NCBI GenBank assembly: GCA_016839805.1
Contig: JAEOTO010000032.1
Location: 1 to 64,000, forward strand
Direction: 5' to 3'
DNA length: 64,000 bases
Origin: Candidatus Hermodarchaeota archaeon
GTDB taxonomy: Archaea > Asgardarchaeota > Hermodarchaeia > Hermodarchaeales > Hermodarchaeaceae
The position numbers and the translations under genes are program-made. Below the pieces are notes generated by a model. It was not told the DNA's origin, searched no databases, and worked only from the letters and a program-made list of their open reading frames with translations. Positions 42,052 through 52,085 of the stretch are shown here, piece after piece (the first letter of the stretch is position 1; every line of letters begins with the position of its first letter).

Positions 42052-42564
42052 TTGTCTATGCCGTTTACTCCCTTTCATCTAGGTCCTGGACTCCTCATTG
42101 GATTGATTTTTTTTCCCCTGTTATATCTTCCAGCAGTCTTACTTGGAAGTATAATTGTGGATGTTGAACCACTAAGTTTTCTTATTCTTGGTCTCCCCGT
42201 TCTTCACCTATTTTTTCATACTTTTTTGGGAGCAACAATCATGGCTCTCATCCTTGCCCTAATCGTGTTTCTGCTCCAAGAATTATTGGGAAGCATAATG
42301 AGAGTTTTTCGTCTTCCACAAAAAGCCTCTCCTATGAACATAACTCTCGCCGCTCTGATAGGAGCCTATTCACATATTATTTTAGACGCGTTTTTGTATC
42401 CTGAGATGCAACCATTTTGGCCCCTATTGGGCAATCCCTTTCTTGGCCTTGTTTCGAGTTCCACGGTGTACCTTTTCTGCATAATCTGTTTCATTATAGC
42501 TATCCCATTATACATTTTCCAGATTTGGCGGATAAAACAGCAGACGAAGAAAATGATTATATAG
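42052..42564 (+). CDS. Membrane-bound metal-dependent hydrolase-like protein
   Basis: MPFTPFH, DVEP, HTFLGA, SHIILDA, PFWP. Confidence 0.75.
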   Translation: MSMPFTPFHLGPGLLIGLIFFPLLYLPAVLLGSIIVDVEPLSFLILGLPVLHLFFHTFLGATIMALILALIVFLLQELLGSIMRVFRLPQKASPMNITLAALIGAYSHIILDAFLYPEMQPFWPLLGNPFLGLVSSSTVYLFCIICFIIAIPLYIFQIWRIKQQTKKMII

Positions 42565-42582
42565 CGCCAAGTTGTGGAAGCT

Positions 42583-42935
42583 GGTTGGACGGTGAGCCTA
42601 GGCGGGGGGCTAGAAGCCCCGCAGCGCCGCTACGGGCTGGCTAAGGCTCCCCTGTACCGCAGATGCTCTATACGGCGGGCTGAATGCCGACACTAGGCTT
42701 TCTGACCTGTTGTACGACTTGCTGTTCGTGGCAGTGACGATCCGCCTCGGAGGATCGCTGGTGGCGGTAGGCTTTTCGTAGGAAGGGCTGAATCGCCTTT
42801 ATCAGGTAAACCCAGCGAGACCCGGGAGGGAGCAGCGTAAGCCTGTACTGTAGATGCTTCCGAGATCCGGGTCCGAGACCTGGCGGTGAGTACGGCATCA
42901 GTGAGGGTTGACGACCGTCGGGGCTCCCGTCCGCC
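42583..42935 (+). ncRNA. ffs: Archaeal SRP (7S) RNA, about 350 nt with extra helices
   Basis: Terminal GGACGG/CCGTCC, Alu GGGGGG..CCCCTGTA, helix 6 GTAG tetraloop, helix 8 GACCCGGGAGGGAGCAGC. Confidence 0.88.
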
Positions 42936-42941
42936 TTTTCT

Positions 42942-43901
42942 TCATGTATTTTGTGTAGAAAAACCTAGTTTCTGGCGGTATAAACAAACAGCGCATATGT
43001 CCTGAGAGGTTATTTCGCTACAGCTGTTGCATTTCTGATAGGGCTCGTCTTTGCTGCTTTTAATTGAATTAATAATTTTCAAAAAAGACGCATGTAGATT
43101 GAACTTAGAACCGGAATGTCGGTCTTCGAATGTATTCAGCCATTCACGGATTTCCGAGCGCAATGAAGTCTCCTTATATGGACAGGGTGGGTGGTAAAGA
43201 GGAAGTTGTAATAGTTTTGAATAGAGTGCAATATCCTTTTCCAGTAGGTGATACATGGGTTTGATTCGAGGAATAAGCCATCCCTCAACGCCTTTGAGGA
43301 AAGGAGTTATCCGGGCTAATCGTTGTAAATCACCCCGTACGAGATTCATCAACATAGACTGAACTTCATCATCTAAATTATGTCCTAAGGCTAGTTTGTC
43401 CGCATTGATTCTTCGAGCAAGGATGTTTAATCCCTGTCGTCGAAGTGTACCACAATACGCACAAGGAGAGAGAGGTGATTGGGTTTTTTGTGCCCGTTCA
43501 GCGATTTCATCTAGAGTTAGTGAAAAGATGTCTTGATAAGATGACGTGACATGTTCCACACTGAGTTGCTGAGTTACTTGCCGTAACACCCTTTGGCGTT
43601 CTTTATCTTGCCTATTACCTTCTTGAAGTGTAATAGCAATAACCTCAGACTCAGGAAACTGCTTTTGAATATCCACAAGTATTGCGAGCAAAACCGTGCT
43701 ATCTTTACCACCTGAATAAGCTACAGCTATTCGATCAGTCCGGTGGAGCATTTTGTACCTAGAAATTGCAGTTCGTATTGCTGCGATAACGGATACCCGG
43801 AAACAATTATCACATAAGGCTTCACCAGAATAGGGACGGGAGATGATCGAAGGAGCTTTGCAAATACTACATTCGTTAGTCATTTGGAACCAACTTAACA
43901 A
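42942..43901 (-). CDS. tRNA 2-thiolation protein (TtuA/NcsA family)
   Basis: CxxC motifs, SGGKDS PP-loop, CAYCGTLRR, GHNLDDE. Confidence 0.88.
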   Translation of the reverse strand: MLSWFQMTNECSICKAPSIISRPYSGEALCDNCFRVSVIAAIRTAISRYKMLHRTDRIAVAYSGGKDSTVLLAILVDIQKQFPESEVIAITLQEGNRQDKERQRVLRQVTQQLSVEHVTSSYQDIFSLTLDEIAERAQKTQSPLSPCAYCGTLRRQGLNILARRINADKLALGHNLDDEVQSMLMNLVRGDLQRLARITPFLKGVEGWLIPRIKPMYHLLEKDIALYSKLLQLPLYHPPCPYKETSLRSEIREWLNTFEDRHSGSKFNLHASFLKIINSIKSSKDEPYQKCNSCSEITSQDICAVCLYRQKLGFSTQNT

Positions 43902-43930
43902 GGAACACTAGCCAATAAATTTGCGTTTCT

Positions 43931-45181
43931 TTACCTAAAGAACATAGCTAGTAAAACGGGGTTCAGGATGGTAAAGAGAACATTCACAATAAGAATTGTT
44001 AGAGCTGTGATTCGGAGGCCCCAGAGCAGTACTCTACCACTTGTTCGCTCCAATGAGACAGTCACATCGATCAATTCCTTCCAGAGTCGATCACCATCTA
44101 AAGGCGGAATTGGTAGCAGGTTAATGAGACCGAGACTAATGGTGATAATGAAGAACCAGGCGAGGGCTTCCCGGAATTGAGCACCTCCGAGTGGCCCAAG
44201 TAAACTAAAGGGATAATGTAGTGGAACATACGTTTGTAAAAATATTCCAATAAAGGCTTGAGAGGAATTAGCCGGATTTCCACCAACATTAAGCGAAATT
44301 GGAGACAGCCCCTCCACAGTGAGAATTACTAGATCACCGGGATGAGCTCCCCTCATGAAATTACTAAGATCATCACTAGTCTGAATTGCGGTTCCATTCA
44401 TTCCAGTGATGACCATACCCGGTGCTAGGACACCATCAGCAGGGCTACCTGTTACAACCCTATTAACCAGCACACCACTTGGAATTGGGATTACAATAAG
44501 TGTGGTAAATACTAGGGCTATGAGCGCGACAGCTAGATTTGCTCCAGACCCAGCAGCAAAGAGCCGTGCACGTTGCCTGCGATTCGACTTGAGTTTAATA
44601 TACTCATCATCGGGTTCAACAAAGGCCCCGAAAAAGACCAGAAAAAGAAAAATCCCAGAACTCTTTACAGGAAGGTTATCAGCCCGTGCAGCTATACCAT
44701 GAGCAAGTTCGTGTGCAACGATGGCAACAACCAAAGGAATTAGAATCATCAAGAAAAACTGATAGGACATGGTAATTCCGGGGATGAGGGGGGCGACTGC
44801 ACCAGGGGTTCCGGGTTGTCCTAGAAGGACTTTGAGAAATTCCCAAATATTACTGCCCAAGGCGTAAAGTGAATAGATTGAGAAAAAGAAGCAGATCCCG
44901 ATAAAGGCTGACCATATGTATCGCCATGCGCGGGGATGCCAATTTCCGATGCGGTCTAAGAAATTATTAAATCGTTCAGTTCGGGCAAAAAGCATGAATG
45001 GACCGACTTCGATCCCATAGCGTTCTAGCTTGAAGTAAGAGGCAAGACCGATTATTATCATCCAGATAAGAAGGATTGCAAACCACGGTAGTAATAGGAG
45101 CAGGATGTCGGTTTGTAGCATTCGTGTTATCGCCTCAGAGGTCTCCACAGTCCACATATGCGGTATAAATGTGTGATGCAC
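43931..45181 (-). CDS. Site-2 protease (M50) with PDZ domain
   Basis: HELAH, GAFVEPD, AGSGAN, NLLPIPPLDG. Confidence 0.92.
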   Translation of the reverse strand: MHHTFIPHMWTVETSEAITRMLQTDILLLLLPWFAILLIWMIIIGLASYFKLERYGIEVGPFMLFARTERFNNFLDRIGNWHPRAWRYIWSAFIGICFFFSIYSLYALGSNIWEFLKVLLGQPGTPGAVAPLIPGITMSYQFFLMILIPLVVAIVAHELAHGIAARADNLPVKSSGIFLFLVFFGAFVEPDDEYIKLKSNRRQRARLFAAGSGANLAVALIALVFTTLIVIPIPSGVLVNRVVTGSPADGVLAPGMVITGMNGTAIQTSDDLSNFMRGAHPGDLVILTVEGLSPISLNVGGNPANSSQAFIGIFLQTYVPLHYPFSLLGPLGGAQFREALAWFFIITISLGLINLLPIPPLDGDRLWKELIDVTVSLERTSGRVLLWGLRITALTILIVNVLFTILNPVLLAMFFR

Positions 45182-45226
45182 CGATGAGAGAGAAGCTTTT
45201 AAAAAATGCGGTAGGGGCTCGTTTTC

Positions 45227-45562
45227 ATGAATGTGAATCTAATGTCAGAATTTATTATCGTATTTGTCACTGTTGGAAAAGAACCCGAAGCGCAAACCAT
45301 TGCTAGAACCCTTGTTGATGAATCAATTGCAGCTTGTGTAGGAATAGTACGTCAGAAATCGATCTACCGATGGAAAGGAAAAATTGTTGATGATAACGAA
45401 TTCTTGTTAATAGTTAAAACTAAACACGATCAGTTTTCGAAACTTCGAGATACTGTGTTAAGGTTACATAGCTATGAAGTCCCTGAAATTATTAGTATTG
45501 AAATCCAACAGGGACATACTACGTATTTGGAGTGGATAAAAGAAAACGTTGAGACTGGTTAG
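45227..45562 (+). CDS. cutA: Divalent cation tolerance protein CutA
   Basis: AACV, SIYRWKG, HSYEVPEI, YLEW. Confidence 0.93.
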   Translation: MNVNLMSEFIIVFVTVGKEPEAQTIARTLVDESIAACVGIVRQKSIYRWKGKIVDDNEFLLIVKTKHDQFSKLRDTVLRLHSYEVPEIISIEIQQGHTTYLEWIKENVETG

Positions 45563-45586
45563 GTGTCAAATTAGGAACGAGCAAAA

Positions 45587-46300
45587 ATGCCACGAGAAAA
45601 ACCTGTACGCCGCGACACTGGAAGTCGAGAAGTAGAATATGCACCAGAACAATGGGAGATCCTTTCAGCCCTTCGAGAGCAAGCACTGACACTAATGACG
45701 GAACTTGAAAGCACTGGTGTAGAACCAATAGCCCATGGAAGTATTTGTCGTGGTGATGTATCTGAACACAGTGATGTGGACATATATCTTCCACGTGTCT
45801 TACCATCTTTTACTGTGGAATTGGCCTTAACCCAGGCTGGATATCAAATGATCCATCGGGAGTTAGTTCACGCAACTCCTTTCCATGCAATCAAAGCCCA
45901 TGTCTATTTACCGAAGAACTCGGTGGTCACGTTCCCATTGACTAGCCCTGCACCCATTGAGCTCGAATTTTACCGATTTGGTGGAAGTTTAACAAAACAG
46001 GTTATTCAAAATGAGATACGAGTTCCTGGAGTAGATAAACGACTTGTACTCATCGAACCGACCAAAACAGGTCACATAGAAACTCCTGTCATTGGTAATG
46101 AAATGATAGTAGCGAAAAAAGTCGGTGTTAACCTCAAAATCGTTGAAGAACGTGTGAAAATCCTAATGCGCCGAGACGAGGTTGGTCGAACTGGAGTCTA
46201 CTTAAAACGCCAACTTGCCCCAGAGGACACATTCGAATCACTACTCAAACAGGTTTGTGATCGTGATCCAGTCGTTCGTCGGAGAGTACAAAAGGGGTAA
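45587..46300 (+). CDS. Archaeal nucleotidyltransferase domain protein
   Basis: HGSICRGDV..SDVDI, EFYRFGG, RVPGVDKRL, GRTGV. Confidence 0.82.
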   Translation: MPREKPVRRDTGSREVEYAPEQWEILSALREQALTLMTELESTGVEPIAHGSICRGDVSEHSDVDIYLPRVLPSFTVELALTQAGYQMIHRELVHATPFHAIKAHVYLPKNSVVTFPLTSPAPIELEFYRFGGSLTKQVIQNEIRVPGVDKRLVLIEPTKTGHIETPVIGNEMIVAKKVGVNLKIVEERVKILMRRDEVGRTGVYLKRQLAPEDTFESLLKQVCDRDPVVRRRVQKG

Positions 46301-46306
46301 TTCAGT

Positions 46307-47392
46307 GTGACACGCGAAATTACTCTTTCACGAGGGAATTCTCCCCATATCGGAAGCCTTGTGAAGGGATGTCGAGAATGCATGAAAGGTGCAAAACTTG
46401 TCCTTTTTATTACAGGAAAGTGCTCAAAGTCGTGTTTTTACTGTCCCATTTCCGAGGAGAGACGTGACCGAGATATCGTTTTTGCTAATGAAGTAGAGGT
46501 AGATCACATCCAACAAGCTCTAACTGAAGCGAGACTCATTAACGCAACAGGTATGGGAATTACGGGTGGTGAGCCTTTAATTGAGGTGGAACGCACGTGT
46601 CAATTTATCCAAGCCTTCAAGCAGGAGTTTGGACCGAAATTCCATGTTCATCTTTATACGGGTCTTGAACCTGTGCCCATTAATGCCGTGGAGCAATTAC
46701 TAGAGGTTGGTCTCGATGAGCTTCGTTTACACAGATTCCATGTGGGACAAGATTACTCTCGATTACGTGAAGTGACTAAAGGTCGTGCCCGGTTGGGTGT
46801 GGAGGTTCCGATGATTCCCGGAATGATAAATCAATTGAAGAAGATGTTTCGCCAGCTTGATGAAATCGGCATCGACTTTGTGAATATTAACGAATTGGAA
46901 TATTCTGAAGTAAATGCAAAGGAGCTGAAACAGCGAGGATTACAGCTAGATCCTGATACGATGACTGCAGTTCAAGGCAGTGAAGAAGAAGCGATCACCC
47001 TTTTAGAATGGGCAACTACCGAGACACAGTTAAATGTTCACTTTTGTCCCTTATCACTAAAGGATGGCATTCAACTTCGAAATCGCTTCAGACGACGAGC
47101 AAAAAATGTAGCTAAACCATTTGAACAGATAACCGAAGAGGGATTACTGTTGAAGGGGATTATCACGCCACCCCCCAATATTTCCCTGATTGCTTTATCT
47201 AAGATTCTTCTAAACGAGTATCAGATTCCCCTTGACCAGTTTTGGATTAATGAATCACTCGGGCGAATCGAAACGTCAACTACTATTGTCCATCGGTTAG
47301 TTAACCAACTAAAGGTGAAGAAAATTCAAGTTGGTATCGCAGAAGAATATCCAACAATCAACCGAATTCAAGTATCTTATGTTCCCCTTTAG
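46307..47392 (+). CDS. Radical SAM protein (conserved archaeal family)
   Basis: CSKSCFYC, ITGGEP, HLYT, LDELRLH, NINELE. Confidence 0.88.
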   Translation: MTREITLSRGNSPHIGSLVKGCRECMKGAKLVLFITGKCSKSCFYCPISEERRDRDIVFANEVEVDHIQQALTEARLINATGMGITGGEPLIEVERTCQFIQAFKQEFGPKFHVHLYTGLEPVPINAVEQLLEVGLDELRLHRFHVGQDYSRLREVTKGRARLGVEVPMIPGMINQLKKMFRQLDEIGIDFVNINELEYSEVNAKELKQRGLQLDPDTMTAVQGSEEEAITLLEWATTETQLNVHFCPLSLKDGIQLRNRFRRRAKNVAKPFEQITEEGLLLKGIITPPPNISLIALSKILLNEYQIPLDQFWINESLGRIETSTTIVHRLVNQLKVKKIQVGIAEEYPTINRIQVSYVPL

Positions 47393-48525
47393 TTTTCAGG
47401 TAAGGAGAAGCGCAGAAGCGCCACAATTCCACCTAGTCCTTCAAGCTGTTTACCAGCCTGGTGTTCAGCACTAAATATTTCAATTGAACCCGCCTGCTCT
47501 TCGACTTGTCGCATCATGATTTCCATTTTTCGCCGTTGCTCCGGAGGAACCTCACGGAACGTCTTGTCAAGGATGAGCAAGGTTTCAACGGCCCCAAACT
47601 GAACTGCCCGTTTAATTTCATCCCACCCATACGTGGTTTTTCCTGTACCTTGACCTAGGTGCCGCATCACCTCATCCATAAGATGAACCTCTTGGTTTAA
47701 TCGAATCTCACTGGCGATTCGCTCGATTACACCCCGATTAAGAGCTTCATAGATACCACCTATTGTTCCAGTACTTACATGTTCTAAGAGAATGCGATCC
47801 TTGCTATTAGGCACTTTATTCTTCAGATAGGCAGCAAGTTTTTCTTTTGTTGAGCCAGGACCAACGATTACTACTCGAGTCACATCTGGTAATCGGTCGA
47901 GGAGCTCATGAAGCTGGGTGGCTATTCCGGCAAACATCTGGGTGATTGTATCGCCAGATTGAACATATTTTCCGTACTTTCCCCGAGCCGTGCCATGCAC
48001 TTCAACTCGAACATCAATACCTGAATCATCAATAATTCCAATCGACGCCTGGTCTTCTTCTACTGCTATGATAATGAGACGTTGACCTTTTCGTGACACA
48101 GCATCCTGTAACCGACGAAGTAGTGGACGTGGCCAGCTTTCCTTGACAATTTCAACCTTTAGTCCGGGTTCGATATTTATTGTGTGATAGGTTCCAAGCG
48201 AAACAAAATCTTGTGGACCCTCAAGTATTTGCCCTTTGACACGAAGACGGTTAGAGTACTTGTGCAAAGCTACTTCTTCCACCGTCAAACGAATAAACAT
48301 CCGACGACGTTCACCCTTATCCGGGCGAGCAGTATCTCCTAGATCTCGACGCACTCGGCGAACAGTTCGTGCTGCCACTTGATCACCAGGGAGGATAACA
48401 TTGTACAGGTGCCATAAGTCATCCATATCTTCAGGAACGACTACAACAAGTCCGGCTTTTAGTTTCTTAGTGACAATCTTCACGAACAACAGCCTCAGTA
48501 ACTGATTAGACCAAGATGCACACAC
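47389..48525 (-). CDS. pelA: Pelota (start probably GTG 48483)
   Basis: PEDMDDLWHLYN, RLRVKG, YHT, GAVETLL, LGGIVALLRF. Confidence 0.94.
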   Translation of the reverse strand: MCASWSNQLLRLLFVKIVTKKLKAGLVVVVPEDMDDLWHLYNVILPGDQVAARTVRRVRRDLGDTARPDKGERRRMFIRLTVEEVALHKYSNRLRVKGQILEGPQDFVSLGTYHTINIEPGLKVEIVKESWPRPLLRRLQDAVSRKGQRLIIIAVEEDQASIGIIDDSGIDVRVEVHGTARGKYGKYVQSGDTITQMFAGIATQLHELLDRLPDVTRVVIVGPGSTKEKLAAYLKNKVPNSKDRILLEHVSTGTIGGIYEALNRGVIERIASEIRLNQEVHLMDEVMRHLGQGTGKTTYGWDEIKRAVQFGAVETLLILDKTFREVPPEQRRKMEIMMRQVEEQAGSIEIFSAEHQAGKQLEGLGGIVALLRFSLPEN

Positions 48526-48556
48526 ATATTTCTATCCACTGCAAGATTACATTGAA

Positions 48557-49027
48557 ATGTTAAAGATTCGACCAATTGAAAACCACGAAGTAAATCAAAT
48601 AACTCAAATTGAATTTGAATCGTTCACTGACCCATATCCAAAGGACCTGTTCCAATATCTGGCAAAAATGTCGCCGGAATTATTTCTCGTTGCCGTTGAC
48701 GAAGACATAGAAGAAAAGGGAATTTTAGGATATGCAGTGGCTGATATTAAGCGCCACGTCCCATACCGAATTGGCCATATTCTGTCAATAGCCGTATGTA
48801 AGCAATATCGTCGAAGGGGAATTGGAAATCAATTACTCTCTGAACTAATACATTTGTTCAAGTCAAAAGGGTGCAACAGCATTGTGCTTGAAGTTCGAGA
48901 ATCGAATCTCAAAGCAAAAGCTTTGTATCAAAAGTTGGGTTTCTTCGAAGTGAAGCGAAGACGCAGATATTATGAAGATGGGGAAGATGCTATTGTAATG
49001 ACCTTGGATTTGGAGGCCGCGTTGTGA
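48557..49027 (+). CDS. N-alpha-acetyltransferase (RimI/Ard1 family)
   Basis: GHILSIAV..YRRRGIG, LEVRESN..A..LY, YYEDGEDA. Confidence 0.9.
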   Translation: MLKIRPIENHEVNQITQIEFESFTDPYPKDLFQYLAKMSPELFLVAVDEDIEEKGILGYAVADIKRHVPYRIGHILSIAVCKQYRRRGIGNQLLSELIHLFKSKGCNSIVLEVRESNLKAKALYQKLGFFEVKRRRRYYEDGEDAIVMTLDLEAAL

Positions 49028-50091
49028 ATCCCCCTGAACCCCAATTATGCTTATTCATCCTATCAGGTGAGCACGAGACACTTCCACAAGCAGAACTCTG
49101 TGCAGCATTAGAAGCAGAGGGCTATGCTTTTACGATTCATAATCGTCATCGCCGAATTTTACTTCTTAGAGTTGATCCTGAAGGGGCAAAAATTGCGACG
49201 CAACGCGCTGGGCTAGTCAATCATGCAAGCATTGTAGCTTTTGAATCTCCTACAATTGAGGAGACAATCCTTCAATTTATGAAAAAGACAAAGTTTGAGC
49301 AGTGGCTCAAACCCCAAAATCGGTTTAGCGTGAAAATTACCCGCGTTGAACGAGAATCTATCCCAATTGATGTAGATGAACTTCAAGGTAAACTGGGCTC
49401 TCAAATTTGGCATGTCATGAACGGAAGCGTTGAAGTAGACTTAGCAGCCCCGGATGTTTTATTCCTAGGCGTAATCGCTGGTAATCTGTTCTTTTTTGGT
49501 CCTCATCTCGCTTCACGCGATCGAGTTGGGTTTTTTCAGAGACGCAGTCCACATCGCCCATTTTTTGTTCCTAGCGCAATTCACCCCAAAATTGCTCGGG
49601 TAATGGTCAATTTGAGTCGGGTAGCTGCCAGCGACCGGTTCTTTGATCCCTTCTGTGGCACAGGTGGACTTCTCATCGAAGCCGCAGACATTGGTAGCTT
49701 TCCCATAGGTCTTGATATCGATATTTCAATACTCGCAGGGTGTCAAAAAAACCTGAATCATTATGGGTTTAATTTCAATGGGATAATAGCTGATGCACGA
49801 GCACCACCAATACGTTCGGAAAAAGTAGAGGCAATTGCCACAGACCCTCCTTATGGAAGGTCGAGTTCGACAAAAGGGTCAGCGGTTGTCAATCTTATCG
49901 AAAAAAGTCTAACGGCAATTGCGGATACCCTCGTACCAGGGGGTTATCTCTGTCTTGCTTTGCCCTTAGAGTATTTTAAAGAAGAAATTATACCTAAAGA
50001 CAGCTTTGAAATTGTAGAGATGCATACAATGCGAATTCACCGAAGTTTACAACGACATATTGTTGTCTTACAAAAGAAAGAGCAGTGTTGA
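49024..50091 (+). CDS. tRNA (G10) N2-methyltransferase Trm11-like (THUMP plus MTase)
   Basis: LSGEHETLP, RPFF.P, ARVMVNL, DPFCGTGG, TDPPYGRS. Confidence 0.87.
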   Translation: MNPPEPQLCLFILSGEHETLPQAELCAALEAEGYAFTIHNRHRRILLLRVDPEGAKIATQRAGLVNHASIVAFESPTIEETILQFMKKTKFEQWLKPQNRFSVKITRVERESIPIDVDELQGKLGSQIWHVMNGSVEVDLAAPDVLFLGVIAGNLFFFGPHLASRDRVGFFQRRSPHRPFFVPSAIHPKIARVMVNLSRVAASDRFFDPFCGTGGLLIEAADIGSFPIGLDIDISILAGCQKNLNHYGFNFNGIIADARAPPIRSEKVEAIATDPPYGRSSSTKGSAVVNLIEKSLTAIADTLVPGGYLCLALPLEYFKEEIIPKDSFEIVEMHTMRIHRSLQRHIVVLQKKEQC

Positions 50092-51011
50092 AATTAGAAA
50101 TGAGGGTACATTTCTTAGGAGTAGGGGGTGGCATTCCTTCATTGAAACGCTCTTTACCAGCGATAGCTATCTACTTCCGTGGGAAAATCATACTCTTTGA
50201 CTGTGGCGAAGGCACTCAAACTCAGTTAAAACACGCTAAACTTAGCCCTCAACAGATAATTGAAGTCTTTATCTCACATCTTCACGGTGACCATGTTCTT
50301 GGTTTACCGGGATTACTTTCCACAATGGCCATGCTTAACCGTTCAAAGCCATTGACTGTGTACGGTCCGATCGGCATCAAGAAATTCATTGAAGTCACGT
50401 TAGAATTGACTAAGGCACAACTCGAATTTGATTTAACAACCAATGAAGTTGAGGAAGGAACTATCTCCCGCCAACCCCAATACCGAGTAGACTGTCTTCC
50501 TGCTCTCCATAGCATTCCTTCGCTTTCCTTTATTCTTCGAATGGCAGACAAACCAGGGAAATTCGATGTCTCGAAGGCTCAAAAATTAGGAATTCCATCA
50601 GGTCCACTTCGTAAACGCCTTCAGCAAGGAACTCCTGTGAAAGATTTGACAGGAAAAACAATCTATCCAGAAGACGTGATTGGACCTTCACAAAAAGGTA
50701 TAATTATTGCCTATTCGGGTGATTCTGCACCAAATCCTAAATTTGCAGCAAAAGCAATGAAAGCCCAACTTCTCATTCATGATGCCACTTTTTCTGATGC
50801 ACACATTGATAAAGCAGCAGAATTTCTTCATTCAACCGCCTCACAAGCAGCTCAAATTGCCGTTCAAGCCAAAGCAACACAACTTGCATTAGTGCATATT
50901 AGTCCACGATACATCGCATCCACGGAACATGAAAACGAAGCAAAAATAATTTTTCCTCGGAGCTTTGCCCCTAATGATCTTGACGTGATTTACCTAGATG
51001 CTTATGGCTAG
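50085..51011 (+). CDS. rnz: Ribonuclease Z
   Basis: FDCGEGTQ, SHLHGDHVLG, GP-rich exosite, YSGD, HST, HISPRY. Confidence 0.93.
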   Translation: MLKLEMRVHFLGVGGGIPSLKRSLPAIAIYFRGKIILFDCGEGTQTQLKHAKLSPQQIIEVFISHLHGDHVLGLPGLLSTMAMLNRSKPLTVYGPIGIKKFIEVTLELTKAQLEFDLTTNEVEEGTISRQPQYRVDCLPALHSIPSLSFILRMADKPGKFDVSKAQKLGIPSGPLRKRLQQGTPVKDLTGKTIYPEDVIGPSQKGIIIAYSGDSAPNPKFAAKAMKAQLLIHDATFSDAHIDKAAEFLHSTASQAAQIAVQAKATQLALVHISPRYIASTEHENEAKIIFPRSFAPNDLDVIYLDAYG

Positions 51012-51045
51012 AAGAGATCATCACTTGATCTATATTCATAGCAGA

Positions 51046-51483
51046 TTATTCGAGTTTAAGGTCTTTCCGAAACTGCGGTTTTCCTTTTACCGTTGGTGGA
51101 GCAACATAGTCAATAACATCCTGCAAATTATTTGCTTGGATTTCAACTCGTATTGGACCCATACCTGAGACGTCATTCTCATCAGAAAGATGAAACCGAT
51201 TCATGAAAGCGGCTTGGCGTTGCATCCAAAAAACCAACGTATCATTTTGAAGAGATTTCATGAACCGTTGTCTAACCGCCTCTAAAATGCGCTGCTCACG
51301 AAACTTCTTAGCCAAAGTAGTAATGGACTCAGACCCTGTGGCAAACCCCTTTAATATTGTCCGATTTTTTGAACCCTTGTCCGCATCTATAGTAATCGGA
51401 GGGCACAGATTTTTGAAGGCTAACTTAACCTTTTCTAAATCCTCGGTCGGTTTGATATCCGCCCATAATCTGAAATGAATTAT
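51046..51483 (-). CDS. UPF0201-like RNA-binding protein; extended upstream to a probable ATA start
   Basis: In-frame IKPTEDLEKVKLAFKNL upstream of the ORF-track start; EQRILEA, RQAAF, GPI. Confidence 0.8.
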   Translation of the reverse strand: MIHFRLWADIKPTEDLEKVKLAFKNLCPPITIDADKGSKNRTILKGFATGSESITTLAKKFREQRILEAVRQRFMKSLQNDTLVFWMQRQAAFMNRFHLSDENDVSGMGPIRVEIQANNLQDVIDYVAPPTVKGKPQFRKDLKLE

Positions 51484-51502
51484 TGACTAACCCTCCATTG
51501 CC

Positions 51503-52069
51503 TTAATCGAGGTTGAATATGTCTTTCAATATCTTGCGAACGCAGGTAGTCAATTCCTCAATATTTTCCTCATTGACTAACATGATATCTGCTTGAGCAA
51601 AGATGCGACCTAATCCGATATCAAGCTCTCGGGCATCTCTTTCAAGGAAGACCTCTTTCGTAAAAGTATCATCAGCACGACCCCGTTTTTGTAAACGTTT
51701 GAATCGAATTTGCGGAGATGCATGAACAGCCACGACGGTAACAAAATGAAATGCCTCTTGAAACGCTCGAATTTCAGACTCACTCCGAGCCCCATCAATT
51801 ACAATATGAGAGCTGGAAACCTTCCGGATTTCATCAATACATCTTTCAGCAATAACGGCATCACCGAATTGCTCACGGAGTTCAAGCATAACAGTCCCCA
51901 GACTTTGAGGTGTAAGCGGGAGCTGCTGGCTAGTAACTTCTTTGCGAACCACATCTCCCATTACAAAGACTGGAATTTTTAGTTCCTTGGCCACAGTCGC
52001 ACCGATGGATTTTCCTGATCCTGGCATTCCACAAAAAACGACAGCATGTTTTACCTGCAATGCAACCAC
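51503..52069 (-). CDS. UPF0200-like P-loop kinase
   Basis: GMPGSGKS, MGDVVR, IDGARS..E, RDAREL..G. Confidence 0.8.
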   Translation of the reverse strand: MVALQVKHAVVFCGMPGSGKSIGATVAKELKIPVFVMGDVVRKEVTSQQLPLTPQSLGTVMLELREQFGDAVIAERCIDEIRKVSSSHIVIDGARSESEIRAFQEAFHFVTVVAVHASPQIRFKRLQKRGRADDTFTKEVFLERDARELDIGLGRIFAQADIMLVNEENIEELTTCVRKILKDIFNLD

Positions 52070-52085
52070 AAGGGATGATTAAGGG

